Below, in pieces: positions 37,701 through 47,052 of a stretch of 58,687 nucleotides of DNA. Made by a program: the position numbers and the translations under genes. Position 1 is the stretch's first letter. Every line of letters begins with the position of its first letter. Under the pieces are notes generated by a model. It worked only from the letters and a program-made list of their open reading frames with translations, did not search any database and was not told where the DNA came from. The stretch is from the NCBI GenBank assembly GCA_049684675.1, contig JBAVGF010000308.1:1-58687 (forward strand), written 5' to 3'. The DNA comes from Thermodesulfobacteriota bacterium. Its GTDB lineage: Bacteria; Desulfobacterota; BSN033; UBA1163.

Positions 37701-38120
37701 CTTCAACCTGTCGAGGTGGTGACCAAAGGGATCTTCCTGACCGGTTCCTGTCAGTTTCCAAAAGATATTCCTGAATCCATCGCCACGACAGGTGCTGCCT
37801 CGGTCAGAGCCTGTGAGATTCTCTCCAAGGACGAATTGGTTCTCGACCCGAGAATTGCTTTTGTGGATGAGGAGGTCTGTAGCGGTTGTCTCAATTGTGT
37901 TGGAGTCTGCCCCTTCAAAGCCATCCAACCCAAAGAAGTTGAGGGGAAGATCGTTGCGTACGTCCTCCCTACGCTCTGTCACGGCTGCGGAAATTGTGCG
38001 GCCACCTGCCGGACAAGCGCTGCCAATGTCCAGGGGTTTACCGACGACCAGATCAACGCCCAAGTGGCTTCGGTCTTCGAGGTTCTCAGAAAGGAGCACC
38101 TCCTTGAGCTATCTGAATGA
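34731..38120 (+). CDS. hdrA: HdrA-like flavoprotein with an inserted GltD/NfnB-like NAD(P)H-oxidoreductase module (HdrL-type), two selenocysteines
   Basis: ATG 34731 overlaps the fdhA stop (TGATG). The gene uses one frame through TGA 34761-34763 and TGA 35310-35312 into track ORFs 34782.. and 35328..38120 (1129 codons). It reads MSRVGVFVCH-U-GTNIASVVD... and ...EKTFPTLDCSA-U-ILAPRM, matching the HdrA blocks IGV.ICHCG.NI and [15 protein letters not shown]. The GltD-like insert is at about 35589-36985. Confidence 0.85.
34761..34794 (+). other. UGA (Sec) codon plus SECIS-like hairpin
   Basis: TGA 34761-34763, then a 7-bp stem TCGCGTC/GACGTGA (one G-U pair) with loop CGTGGTT at 34774-34794. Confidence 0.55.
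35310..35342 (+). other. UGA (Sec) codon plus SECIS-like hairpin
   Basis: TGA 35310-35312, then GGATGAC-GGA-GTCATCC (7-bp perfect stem) at 35326-35342. Confidence 0.7.
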
Positions 38121-38661
38121 AAAGGGGATTCACGGCTTTAAGGATCGGATACTGAAGCTGAGCGGTGAGGATGTCTCCCGGTGCACCCAGTGCGGAAAAT
38201 GCACTGCCGGATGTCCGATCTCTCCAGAGATGGATCTTCAGCCGAATCAGGTGATTCATCTGATCCAAATCAATGACCCGGAAACCGTGCTCCGATGCCG
38301 AACGATATGGCTCTGCGCTTCTTGTCAGACCTGCTCTGCTCGATGTCCGGACGAGATCGATGTCGCACAAATTATGGATTCACTGAGAAAATTGGCAGTG
38401 GAAGAAAAGGTTTCAATCGGTGAGGGAAACGGAATGAAATTTAATGAGTTCTTTCTCGATTCGATTCGGAAGAGGGGGCGTGTCAACGAAATGGAGATAT
38501 TATTGCGTTATAATCTGGCCACCCATCAGCCCTTCAAAGATTCTCATCTGGGACTGGTGATGCTCGCCAAAAGGAAGTTAAGTTTTTCAAACCGTAAGAT
38601 TAAGGGAGTGGGTCTGATCAAAGAGATCTTTAAGAATAGTAGGCGATTCATTAAGGAATAG
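38104..38661 (+). CDS. hdrC: HdrC-like iron-sulfur subunit
   Basis: CTQCGKCTAGCP and CASCQTCSARCP motifs. Probable TTG start at 38104 with AAGGAG 7 nt upstream, overlapping the hdrA end. The upstream ~104 codons of track ORF 37792..38661 lie inside hdrA. Confidence 0.8.
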   Translation: MSYLNEKGIHGFKDRILKLSGEDVSRCTQCGKCTAGCPISPEMDLQPNQVIHLIQINDPETVLRCRTIWLCASCQTCSARCPDEIDVAQIMDSLRKLAVEEKVSIGEGNGMKFNEFFLDSIRKRGRVNEMEILLRYNLATHQPFKDSHLGLVMLAKRKLSFSNRKIKGVGLIKEIFKNSRRFIKE

Positions 38662-38665
38662 CGCC

Positions 38666-39523
38666 ATGCGGGTAGGATATTATCCAGGTTGTTCCCTTGA
38701 GAGCAGTGCAAAAGAGTTTGATCTCTCCCTTAGGGCGATCTTTGAGGTGATGGAGATATCTCTGCAGGAGATCCCCGACTGGAACTGTTGTGGAGCAAGT
38801 CCGGCTCACTCCCTCAATGAAGAACTTAGTATGGCCTTGCCTTACAGGAACTTGGTGAAGGCTGAAGAGGCCGGTTTAAGGAAGATTCTATCTCCTTGCC
38901 CTGCCTGCTATAGCCATATGAGACACACCCATGAAAAGGTAGCACTGGACCGTTCTCTTGGAGATCGACTTCAGCAGATTGTGGGAAAGGGATATCAAGG
39001 AAGTTCGGAAGCGAAGCATCTTTTGGACTTCATCAAGGAGGACGTCGGACTGGGACAATTGAAGTCGAGCATGAAGCGTTCTCTCAAGGGATTGAGAGTA
39101 GCCAGCTATTACGGGTGTCTGACACGGCTGCCCGGAGTAAACTTAGACGATGTTGAGAATCCGGTGATCCTAGATGAGATCGTGGGAGTCCTTGGAGGAA
39201 AATCACTTGACTGGTCTCATAAGACGGAATGTTGTGGGGCAAGTCTTTCATTGACACAGACAGAGATTGCCCTCAGGCTGGTCCGCTCTATTTTAGAAGC
39301 AGCTGAAGAGAAAGGAGCAGAGTGCATTGCCGTTGTTTGTCCCCTTTGCCAATCCAACTTAGATGCCCGACAGGGCGTCGTCTATAAGAACAAAATGCCC
39401 ATCTTCTACATCACGCAGTTAATCGGGTTAGCTCAGGGACTTGGCTATGCCAAGCTGGGGCTGGACGGACTGATCGTAAGCCCCCGTGACCTCCTTCGGA
39501 AAAGAGGGATCATCGAAAAATAG
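38666..39523 (+). CDS. hdrB: HdrB-like subunit (two CCG domains)
   Basis: 285 aa with YYPGCSL...NCCGA and YYGCLTR...ECCGA repeats, characteristic of the duplicated CCG domain. Confidence 0.85.
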   Translation: MRVGYYPGCSLESSAKEFDLSLRAIFEVMEISLQEIPDWNCCGASPAHSLNEELSMALPYRNLVKAEEAGLRKILSPCPACYSHMRHTHEKVALDRSLGDRLQQIVGKGYQGSSEAKHLLDFIKEDVGLGQLKSSMKRSLKGLRVASYYGCLTRLPGVNLDDVENPVILDEIVGVLGGKSLDWSHKTECCGASLSLTQTEIALRLVRSILEAAEEKGAECIAVVCPLCQSNLDARQGVVYKNKMPIFYITQLIGLAQGLGYAKLGLDGLIVSPRDLLRKRGIIEK

Positions 39524-39773
39524 AACCAGCCAACAGTGGATCCTCACAACTCATCAGTTAAGCTTGCAGTTGCAAAAAAACATTTCTAAAGGCGGTTAGG
39601 TGTGCTGAGAAAGCCTTACAGCGGAACCTTTTAGCAGTTTGCCACTATGCTTCCAACCACATTACAAAAGCCACATTGGGCGAAATTGCATATTACCCAT
39701 AAGAAATAGTAAAGAACCGGTTGGTAAGGGTTTTAGAAGTACACTCAACCGCCTTCTTATTGCAACATTAAGG

Positions 39774-40619
39774 TTAGATATCGTCAACGAGACTCCTGAT
39801 GACCTTCATATTTTTCAGGTCTTCGACAGTATCCTTCCTCGGGGTTTCCATAATCCCGGGGAGGTGCCTTAACAAAAGATGGTTGACCAGATTTCTAAAC
39901 CCTTCTAGTCCGATATATCCCTCACCAATATGCCAATGTCGATCTTTTCTCGACCCCAAAGGAGTCTTTGAATCGTTGAGATGGAGGAGATGGAGTCGTT
40001 TCAGGCCAATCGTTTGATCGAATTTTTCCAGGGTCCTATCCATTCCATTTTTATCAGAGAGGTCATAGCCCGCCTCGAAAGTGTGGGCGGTGTCGAGACA
40101 GACCCCCATTCTTTGATGGTCGTGAACTCCCTCTATGATTTTCTTGATCTGATCAAAGGTGTATCCGATCTCCGTCCCTTGTCCTGCCGTATTCTCCATG
40201 AGGAGAATGACCCCATTCTTCACCTTTTCAAAGGCCTGATCAATCCCCTGTGAGACGGCGTCAATGGCTTGATCTTCTGAGGATTCCATCCGGTGACCGA
40301 TATGCATGATCAGGTATTGGGCTCCCAGTTGTTCCGCCCTTTGAAGGTCTGTGGCGATGGAATGGATTGACCGTTTGTAGAATTTTGACTTGGAGGAAGC
40401 AATATTGGGTAGGTAGGGCATGTGGAGAAAGATGGGGAAAAGGACAGGGGATTGAATAGATGACCGGAATGCTTTTACCTCCCTCTTCTTCAGGGGAGAA
40501 TATTTCCATCCCCTCGGGTTTCTGGAGAATAACTGGATGGTTTCGCAGCCTCTGACATGGGCTCTTTCAACCACCTTTGAAAACCCTCCGGCAATGGAAA
40601 TATGGAACCCAAATCGCAT
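39774..40619 (-). CDS. nfo: Endonuclease IV (AP endonuclease, TIM-barrel)
   Basis: MRFGFHISIAGG, ENTAGQG and HLNDSK..GSRKDRH blocks align with E. coli Nfo. Confidence 0.88.
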   Translation of the reverse strand: MRFGFHISIAGGFSKVVERAHVRGCETIQLFSRNPRGWKYSPLKKREVKAFRSSIQSPVLFPIFLHMPYLPNIASSKSKFYKRSIHSIATDLQRAEQLGAQYLIMHIGHRMESSEDQAIDAVSQGIDQAFEKVKNGVILLMENTAGQGTEIGYTFDQIKKIIEGVHDHQRMGVCLDTAHTFEAGYDLSDKNGMDRTLEKFDQTIGLKRLHLLHLNDSKTPLGSRKDRHWHIGEGYIGLEGFRNLVNHLLLRHLPGIMETPRKDTVEDLKNMKVIRSLVDDI

Positions 40620-40719
40620 CGATGCCCCTTGAAGAAGGATTAATTGGAAGTTACAATAAGATATGTAAATGTTTCACCTATTGTCAATAAGAAATTGAAG
40701 GAAAAGTGTGATTTTTCGC

Positions 40720-40748
40720 TTGACAAAAGTAAGCGCTTAGTTTACGAC
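40720..40748 (+). promoter_or_regulatory. Candidate sigma70-type promoter for Fdh/Hdr cluster 2
   Basis: TTGACA at 40720-40725, a 17-nt spacer, then TACGAC at 43-48 of the same decade (40743-40748). It lies 77 nt upstream of ATG 40825. The -10 box is weak. Confidence 0.3.
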
Positions 40749-40824
40749 GGAAGCGTCCGAATAAAAAAATCCACAAGTGATTTAAGAGCCTTTTTCCCTC
40801 AGTCGAGTCAAGGAATATAGATTT

Positions 40825-42597
40825 ATGTTCCTCAGGGTTTCTTTATACATTTCGTCGGTCATTTTTCTGCTCGGTCTGATTTATAAGGTGGCCGGCTGGT
40901 TCCGATACAGGATCGGGATAAGGGCAGGAGAGATTTCAACCTTCACAAGGGTTCTTTCTGCCGTCAAGGGAATCCTCTCCACACTTTTCAGCGCCAAAAT
41001 TCTTACTCTGTTGAAAGTCTTTGTTCTCGATGTACTGCTTCAATTCAGGATATTGAGGGAGGACTTTCTCAGATGGATCATGCACATTTTTATCTACGGC
41101 GGTTTCATGCTTCTCCTCCTGATGCATGCCTTGGACAAAACCATCACCGTTGCCCTATGGAAAAACTATTACCCCACGGTCAATCCCTTTATGTTTTTGA
41201 GAGATCTATTCGGCGCCATGGTCATCGTTGGAGTGATCATTGCGATTTATCGCCGATTCATCTTGAAGGTGCCCCGGATGTTCAGCAATGCGATGGATGT
41301 TTATGCCATCCTCATCGTGGCCATCATTATGTTTTCCGGTATCTTTTTAGAAGCCACCAAAATGGTTGCCTATTCCGATTATAAGAGGATGGTGGATGAA
41401 TATTCTGGTTTGAGTGATCCCCAAGAGCTCAAGTCTTTGGAAGCCTATTGGGTGAAGGAATTCGGAGTCGTTTCCCCAAATTTGAAAGGGCCCTTTGATG
41501 AAAAGATATTAGGGAAAGGCAAAAAATTGCATCAATCGAGTTGTGAAGGGTGCCATGCCCGGCCCCAGTGGGCATTTACCGGTTATGGAGCGGCCAAGAT
41601 CATCAGCCCTATCGGTCTTGGCATTGACAGGGCCCGTCTGCCCAGTGTGCTTTGGTACATCCATGTCTTAGCCTGTTTGGCAGGTCTTGCTTATCTTCCC
41701 TTCAGCAAAATGTTCCATATCTTTGCCAGTTCGATAAGCCTCCTTGCCAATGGAGTAATCGGAAAAGAAAAATTGGCTCCAGCGAACAGAGCCACTCTCC
41801 AAGCGATGGAGCTGGATGCCTGCACGCATTGCGGAACCTGCAGTTTGAGGTGTTCGGTGATCATGGCCTTTGAAGAAATTGCGAATATGAATATTTTCCC
41901 TTCTGAAAAGATCGCCTCCCTCCAGGCGCTTGCCTCTGGTAAGAAATTGAGCCCGCAGGAGCTGGGGCATATTCAAGAGGGGGTCTATCTCTGTTCCAAT
42001 TGCTACCGTTGCACGGTGGTCTGTCCGGCAGGGATCAACCTTCAGGATTTGTGGTTTAGCGTCAGAGAGACTCTTCTTCAGAAGGGATACCCAGAAGTTC
42101 TCGTTCTCTCTCCGCTCTCTTTCTACCGTGGTTTAATGAAGGAAGAAACGGTTCCGAGAGATTACGAGAAGCCCTTGATCCAGGCGAGAGAGGCCATTGC
42201 CGCTCGATGTGATTTGATGAAGAGGAAGGATAAGGTCTTGCCTCTGACGTCCACGAATAGACAATTACAGAGCGGGCTCAATCTTTCTGCCCAGGCAAAG
42301 ACCTTCTCGGCTTGCTTTGGCTGTCAGACCTGTACGAACGTCTGTCCTGTGGTGGGCAATTATGAAAATCCTCAGGAAGCCCTTGGGCTGCTGCCTCACC
42401 AAATCATGCATGCGGCTGGTTTGGGCTTGAGGGATCTTGCCTTTGGGTCAAATATGCTTTGGGATTGTTTGACCTGTTATCAGTGTCAGGAACAATGTCC
42501 GCAAGGGGTCCACGTCACGGATGTGCTTTACGAACTAAAGAATTTGGCGGTCAAACGAGCGAGGGAGGAGATCCTGCAGCCCGTGGGAAGAAAATAA
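40825..42597 (+). CDS. Membrane cytochrome-b-like (NarI/DsrM/HdrE-like) domain fused to two HdrC-like 2x[4Fe-4S] modules, with a CXXCH motif in the large extracytoplasmic loop
   Basis: 590 aa with about six TM helices in aa 1-300. His pairs lie inside TM helices (MHIFIYGGFMLLLLMH; IHVLACLAGLAYLPFSKMFH). CEGCH is at aa 240-244 (nt 41542-41556). These are followed by CTHCGTCSLRCS / CSNCYRCTVVCP and CFGCQTCTNVCP / CLTCYQCQEQCP. Confidence 0.7.
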   Translation: MFLRVSLYISSVIFLLGLIYKVAGWFRYRIGIRAGEISTFTRVLSAVKGILSTLFSAKILTLLKVFVLDVLLQFRILREDFLRWIMHIFIYGGFMLLLLMHALDKTITVALWKNYYPTVNPFMFLRDLFGAMVIVGVIIAIYRRFILKVPRMFSNAMDVYAILIVAIIMFSGIFLEATKMVAYSDYKRMVDEYSGLSDPQELKSLEAYWVKEFGVVSPNLKGPFDEKILGKGKKLHQSSCEGCHARPQWAFTGYGAAKIISPIGLGIDRARLPSVLWYIHVLACLAGLAYLPFSKMFHIFASSISLLANGVIGKEKLAPANRATLQAMELDACTHCGTCSLRCSVIMAFEEIANMNIFPSEKIASLQALASGKKLSPQELGHIQEGVYLCSNCYRCTVVCPAGINLQDLWFSVRETLLQKGYPEVLVLSPLSFYRGLMKEETVPRDYEKPLIQAREAIAARCDLMKRKDKVLPLTSTNRQLQSGLNLSAQAKTFSACFGCQTCTNVCPVVGNYENPQEALGLLPHQIMHAAGLGLRDLAFGSNMLWDCLTCYQCQEQCPQGVHVTDVLYELKNLAVKRAREEILQPVGRK

Positions 42598-43526
42598 TGG
42601 AATTTGCCTTATTTCTCGGTTGTACCATCCCAGCCCGTCTCAATCAGTACGAATCTTCCTCTAGGGCTGTTCTCAAAAAGCTCGGGGTGGGATTGGTCGA
42701 TATCCGGGAATTTAACTGCTGCGGATATCCCCTGAGGAACATCGACTTCAAAGTATTCCTCCTCTCTTCGGCGAGAAATCTGGCCCTGGCCGAAAAGAAG
42801 AATCTGGATGTGATGACGTTGTGCCAGTGTTGCTACGGCAGCCTCAAAAAGGCAGACTTTCTTATGAAGGAGAATGCTACCTTAAAGAAAGAAGTCAATA
42901 CGACCCTCGAGAAAGAGGGTCTGAAATACGAGGGAAGGAGTGAGGTGAAACACCTCCTCTCCGTTCTTCACAAAGGAATAGGCATCGAATCGATCAAAGG
43001 GAAGATGTCAACGACCTTTAAGGGGCTTCGGATCGCCACCCATTACGGATGCCATGCCCTAAGGCCCAGCCAGGTTGTGGAATTTGATAATCCCCTTGCT
43101 CCTACCCTGTTTGATGAACTGGTTGAAGCGACCGGTGCTGAGAGCGTTGAATGGCAAATGAAACTCGAATGCTGCGGGGCTCCCTTATGGGGAATCAATG
43201 ATCAGCTGTCCATGGATTTGACTTTAAAAAAACTGAAGGATGGCAGGAAATCGGGTGCGGATTATATCTGTGCGGCCTGTCCATACTGCCACATTCAGTT
43301 CGACAAGGTCCAGAAGATGATACTCTCTCAAAGGAATGTGAACCACCCTCTTCCCTCCATTCTCTATACACAGCTTCTTGGCCTGAGCATGGGCGTCGAC
43401 AAGAAGGCCCTTGGATTGGAGATGAACGAGATTCGTATCGGCGGGATTGAAGAATTATTAAAGAGTGAAAGAGATTTAGCCGAGGAGAAAGAAACCAAGA
43501 AGGAGAAAGAATCAACAAAGCAGTAG
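42597..43526 (+). CDS. HdrB-like CCG-domain protein
   Basis: The real start MEFALFLGCTIP at 42597 overlaps the upstream stop (TAATG). FNCCGYP and LECCGAP CCG motifs. Lys/Glu-rich C-terminal tail. The track's start at 42459 is an out-of-context extension. Confidence 0.8.
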   Translation: MEFALFLGCTIPARLNQYESSSRAVLKKLGVGLVDIREFNCCGYPLRNIDFKVFLLSSARNLALAEKKNLDVMTLCQCCYGSLKKADFLMKENATLKKEVNTTLEKEGLKYEGRSEVKHLLSVLHKGIGIESIKGKMSTTFKGLRIATHYGCHALRPSQVVEFDNPLAPTLFDELVEATGAESVEWQMKLECCGAPLWGINDQLSMDLTLKKLKDGRKSGADYICAACPYCHIQFDKVQKMILSQRNVNHPLPSILYTQLLGLSMGVDKKALGLEMNEIRIGGIEELLKSERDLAEEKETKKEKESTKQ

Positions 43527-43556
43527 TTTTTTCGATCGTTGAAGGCAGGAGTCAAG

Positions 43557-46500
43557 ATGACACAGAATAGGATCGGTTCAGTCATGGTGGTCGGTGGGGG
43601 CATCGTCGGGATGCAGGCGGCATTGGATCTTGCCAATTCCGGCTATTATGTCTACCTTGTGGAGAGGTCCTCCTCCATCGGTGGTTTGATGTCCCAATTG
43701 GACAAGACCTTCCCCACCAATGACTGCTCCATGTGAATCCTCTCGCCCAAACTGGTCGAGGTCGGCCGGCATCTCAACATTGAGCTTCTCACCCTCTCCG
43801 AGGTGATAAGCGTTTCCGGGGAAGAGGGAAATTTTGAAGTAAAAGTGGTTCAATCCCCGCGCTATGTGGACATGGCGAAATGCATTGCCTGCGGTCTCTG
43901 CGCTGAAAAATGCCCGACCAAAATCGACAATGAATATGATGCGGGCCTTGCTAAGCGAAAATCGATCCATGTCAAGTACGCCCAGGCCGTTCCTCTGAAG
44001 TATACCATTGACCCGGCAAATTGTATCTTTCTTACCAAAGGGAGATGTAAGGTCTGCGAGAAACTCTGTCCTGCAAAGGCCGTCAATTTCGAAGATAAGG
44101 AAAGAGAATTGACCTTCCAGGTCGGGGCCATCATCCTCTCCACCGGATGCGAGGTTTACGATCCGAAGGTTTATGATGTCTATGGTTACCAGCGCTCCCC
44201 CAATATCGTTACGAGCCTTGAATTTGAAAGAATGCTTTCTGCTTCCGGACCCCTTGGCGGACATCTGGTAAGGTCTTCTGATAAAAAGGAACCCAAAAAA
44301 ATCGCCTGGATTCAGTGTGTGGGTTCGAGGGATATGCACGAAGGAGCGAAGGCTTACTGTTCGGCAGTTTGCTGTACCTACGCCATCAAAGAAGCTCTGG
44401 TTGCAAAAGAGCATGCGAAGGGGGGACTCGATACTGCCATCTTTTACATTGATATGCGTACCTTTGGCAAGGATTTTGAGAGATACTATAACCGGGCCAG
44501 GGAAGAAGCCGGTGTCCGTTTCATCAAATCAAGAATCACCCAGATTTTTCCGATGAGTGATACAGGGGATCTTCTCATTCGCTATACAGACGAGGCCCAG
44601 AAAAGAATTGAAGAAACATTTGATATGGTGGTTTTATCTGTAGGAATTGGCGTCTCCAAGGAAGCGGTAGACTTGGCCAAAAGATTGGATATTGACATTA
44701 ACCACCATCATTTTGCTTCCACGGGCAGCTTTGAGCCTGTTTCAACCTCAAAGCCTGGCATCTTTGCTTCGGGAGCCTTCCAAGCCCCCCAAGATATTCC
44801 TTCCGCCGTAATCGAGTCGAGCGCCTCTGCTGCTATGGCAGAAAGTATCTTAGCCGATTCCCGTTGGACCATGACAAAGAAAAAGGAAATCCCCGAAGAG
44901 ATCGATGTCCGCGGCCAATTCCCCAGAATTGGCGTATTTGTCTGCAAGTGCGGGACAAATATCGCTGGTGTCTTAGATGTATCCGCCATTGCCGAATATG
45001 CTCGGACCCTGCCAGGTGTTATTTTTGCGCAGGAGAATCTCTTTAGCTGCTCTCAGGATACTCAAGAGAAGATGGCCCAGATCATTAAGGAGGAGAAGCT
45101 GAACCGGGTGGTGGTTGCTGCCTGCAGTCCCCTGACCCATGAAGTTCTCTTTCAGGAGACCGTGGTCAATGCAGGCATCAATAAGTACCTCTTTGAGATG
45201 GCGAATATTCGCAATCAATGTTCCTGGGTGCACGGCGGGGATGCAAAGGCCGGCACAGAGAAGGCTAAGGATCTTGTGCGCATGGCTGTGGCGAAAGTCG
45301 CTTTATTCGAACCCATGTCTGATCCCCGAATCACCATTAACCAGACAGCCCTGGTCATCGGCGGTGGGCTTGCAGGCATGAGCGCTGCCAAAAACCTGGC
45401 GGCGCAAGGCTTCCGTACCTGTTTAATTGAAAAGGAAGGGGTCTTGGGAGGTCAGGCTCGAAATTTATATCAAACCTGGAAGGGGGAGAATGTTCAACAA
45501 AATCTGGCGAAACTCGCTCAGGAGGTTCAATCTAATCCGAAAATCGATGTCTACTTGAACACCGAATTGAAACAGGTGGAAGGATTTGTGGGCAATTTTG
45601 AAGCCACCATTCAAACGGATGGAAAAGAGAAGGTATTGGAGCACGGTATCGCCATTGTTGCAACGGGTGCTTCGGAGCTAAAACCCGATCAATATCTCTA
45701 CGGAAAGGATCCCCGTGTTTTGACCAGACTGGAGTTGGACGGTAGATTTATAGAAAATGACGCCTCCCTGGGAAAGATCCGTTCAGCTGTTTTTATTCTG
45801 TGTGTGGGATCGCGAATCAAGGAGAGGCCCTACTGCTCCGAGGTGTGTTGTACCCACTCTGTCGTGAGTGCACTCAAACTGAAAGAGATCAACCCCGATA
45901 TGGATGTCTTCATCGTTTACAGGGATATGCGGACCTTTGGACTGTTCGAGGATCTTTATCGTGAAGCCCGGGCCAAAGGAATATTTTTCATCCATTATGA
46001 TGAACATAAAGAGTTAAAAGTCGCGAAGGATCAGAATGATCTTCAGGTTCTCTTCACCTCCCGTGTGCTGAACCGCGAGATGGAGATTCGGCCGGACTTA
46101 TTGATCCTGGCCACGGCCATCGTGCCACCGAAGGAGAACTCTATTTCAAACTTGTTCAAGGTTCCAGTGAATAATGATGGTTTTTTTGCTGAAGCCCATG
46201 TCAAACTTCGACCCATCGATTTTGCCACGGACGGGGTTTTTCTCTGTGGCCTCGCCCACTCTCCGAAGCCCATGGATGATTCGATTGCCCAGGGTCTGGG
46301 CGCTGCGGCGCGGGCTGTGACGCTCCTCTCTCAGAAGGAGATGTACGGCAATGCCATTGTGGCCTTCATCAATCCGGAAAGCTGTGTGGGCTGCGAGGGA
46401 TGCTTAAAGGTCTGTCCCTATGAAGCCATTCGATATTTAGAAGATAAAGAAATCTGCGAGGTCAACGAGGTGATTTGTAAAGGGTGTGGGGCCTGTGCGG

Positions 46501-46586
46501 CTACGTGTCAATCGGCTAGCGCACAGCTCAAGCGTTTCACCAGCAAACAGATCTACGCTCAGATCGACAAGGCCATGGCTGTCTAA
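43557..46586 (+). CDS. hdrA: Tandem HdrA-like flavoprotein (two HdrA units in one polypeptide), one selenocysteine
   Basis: ATG 43557 has AGGAG 6 nt upstream. It shares a frame with track ORF 43803..46586 through TGA 43734-43736. It reads [17 protein letters not shown]...[18 protein letters not shown]. The first unit has CVGSRD..YCSAVCC. The second unit starts at [15 protein letters not shown] and has [26 protein letters not shown] and a C-terminal 2x[4Fe-4S]. Confidence 0.85.
43734..43760 (+). other. UGA (Sec) codon plus SECIS-like hairpin
   Basis: TGA 43734-43736, then CTCGCC-CAAACT-GG(T)CGAG (6 bp with one bulge) at 43742-43760. Confidence 0.5.
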
Positions 46587-46613
46587 ACAAAAAAACGGAA
46601 AAGGGAGTTTTTG

Positions 46614-47045
46614 ATGTCAGAGGAGTTTCGACCCAAGATCATTGCTTTTTTGTGCACCTGGTGAGCTTATGCTGCCGCTGACCTGGCTGGGGTCAGTAGA
46701 ATGCAGTATTCGACATCGATCCGGGTCATTCGGGTGATGTGTGCCGGGACGATATCACCTCATTACGTCCTGAAGGCCTTGCAGGCGGGGGCCGACGGCG
46801 TCTTTGTGGCTGGCTGACGTCTCGGCGAATGTCATTACCAGTCTGGTAATGTGATGGCCAACAAAAGGATGACCTTTTTGAAGAAGTTGCTGGAGTTTTC
46901 TGGCATTCACCCGGAGCGCCTTAGAACGAGATGGGTCTCTTCTGCCGAGGCGGTGGAATTCGTCCATGAGGTTTCAGCGTTTGCGGAGGAGATTAAAAAG
47001 TTGGGGCCGAATCCTTTGAAAGTGAAAGCAAAGGAAGCCGCTTAA
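46614..47045 (+). CDS. mvhD: MvhD/FlpD-like protein with two selenocysteines (U17, U68)
   Basis: ATG 46614 has AAGGGAG about 7 nt upstream. It shares a frame with track ORF 46851..47045 through TGA 46662-46664 and TGA 46815-46817. It reads [79 protein letters not shown]. Confidence 0.85.
46662..46696 (+). other. UGA (Sec) codon plus SECIS-like hairpin
   Basis: TGA 46662-46664, then CTGACC-TGGCTGG-GGTCAG at 46678-46696. Confidence 0.65.
46815..46851 (+). other. UGA (Sec) codon plus SECIS-like hairpin
   Basis: TGA 46815-46817, then CATTACCA-GTC-TGGTAATG (8-bp perfect stem) at 46833-46851. Confidence 0.75.
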
Positions 47046-47052
47046 TAATTAA

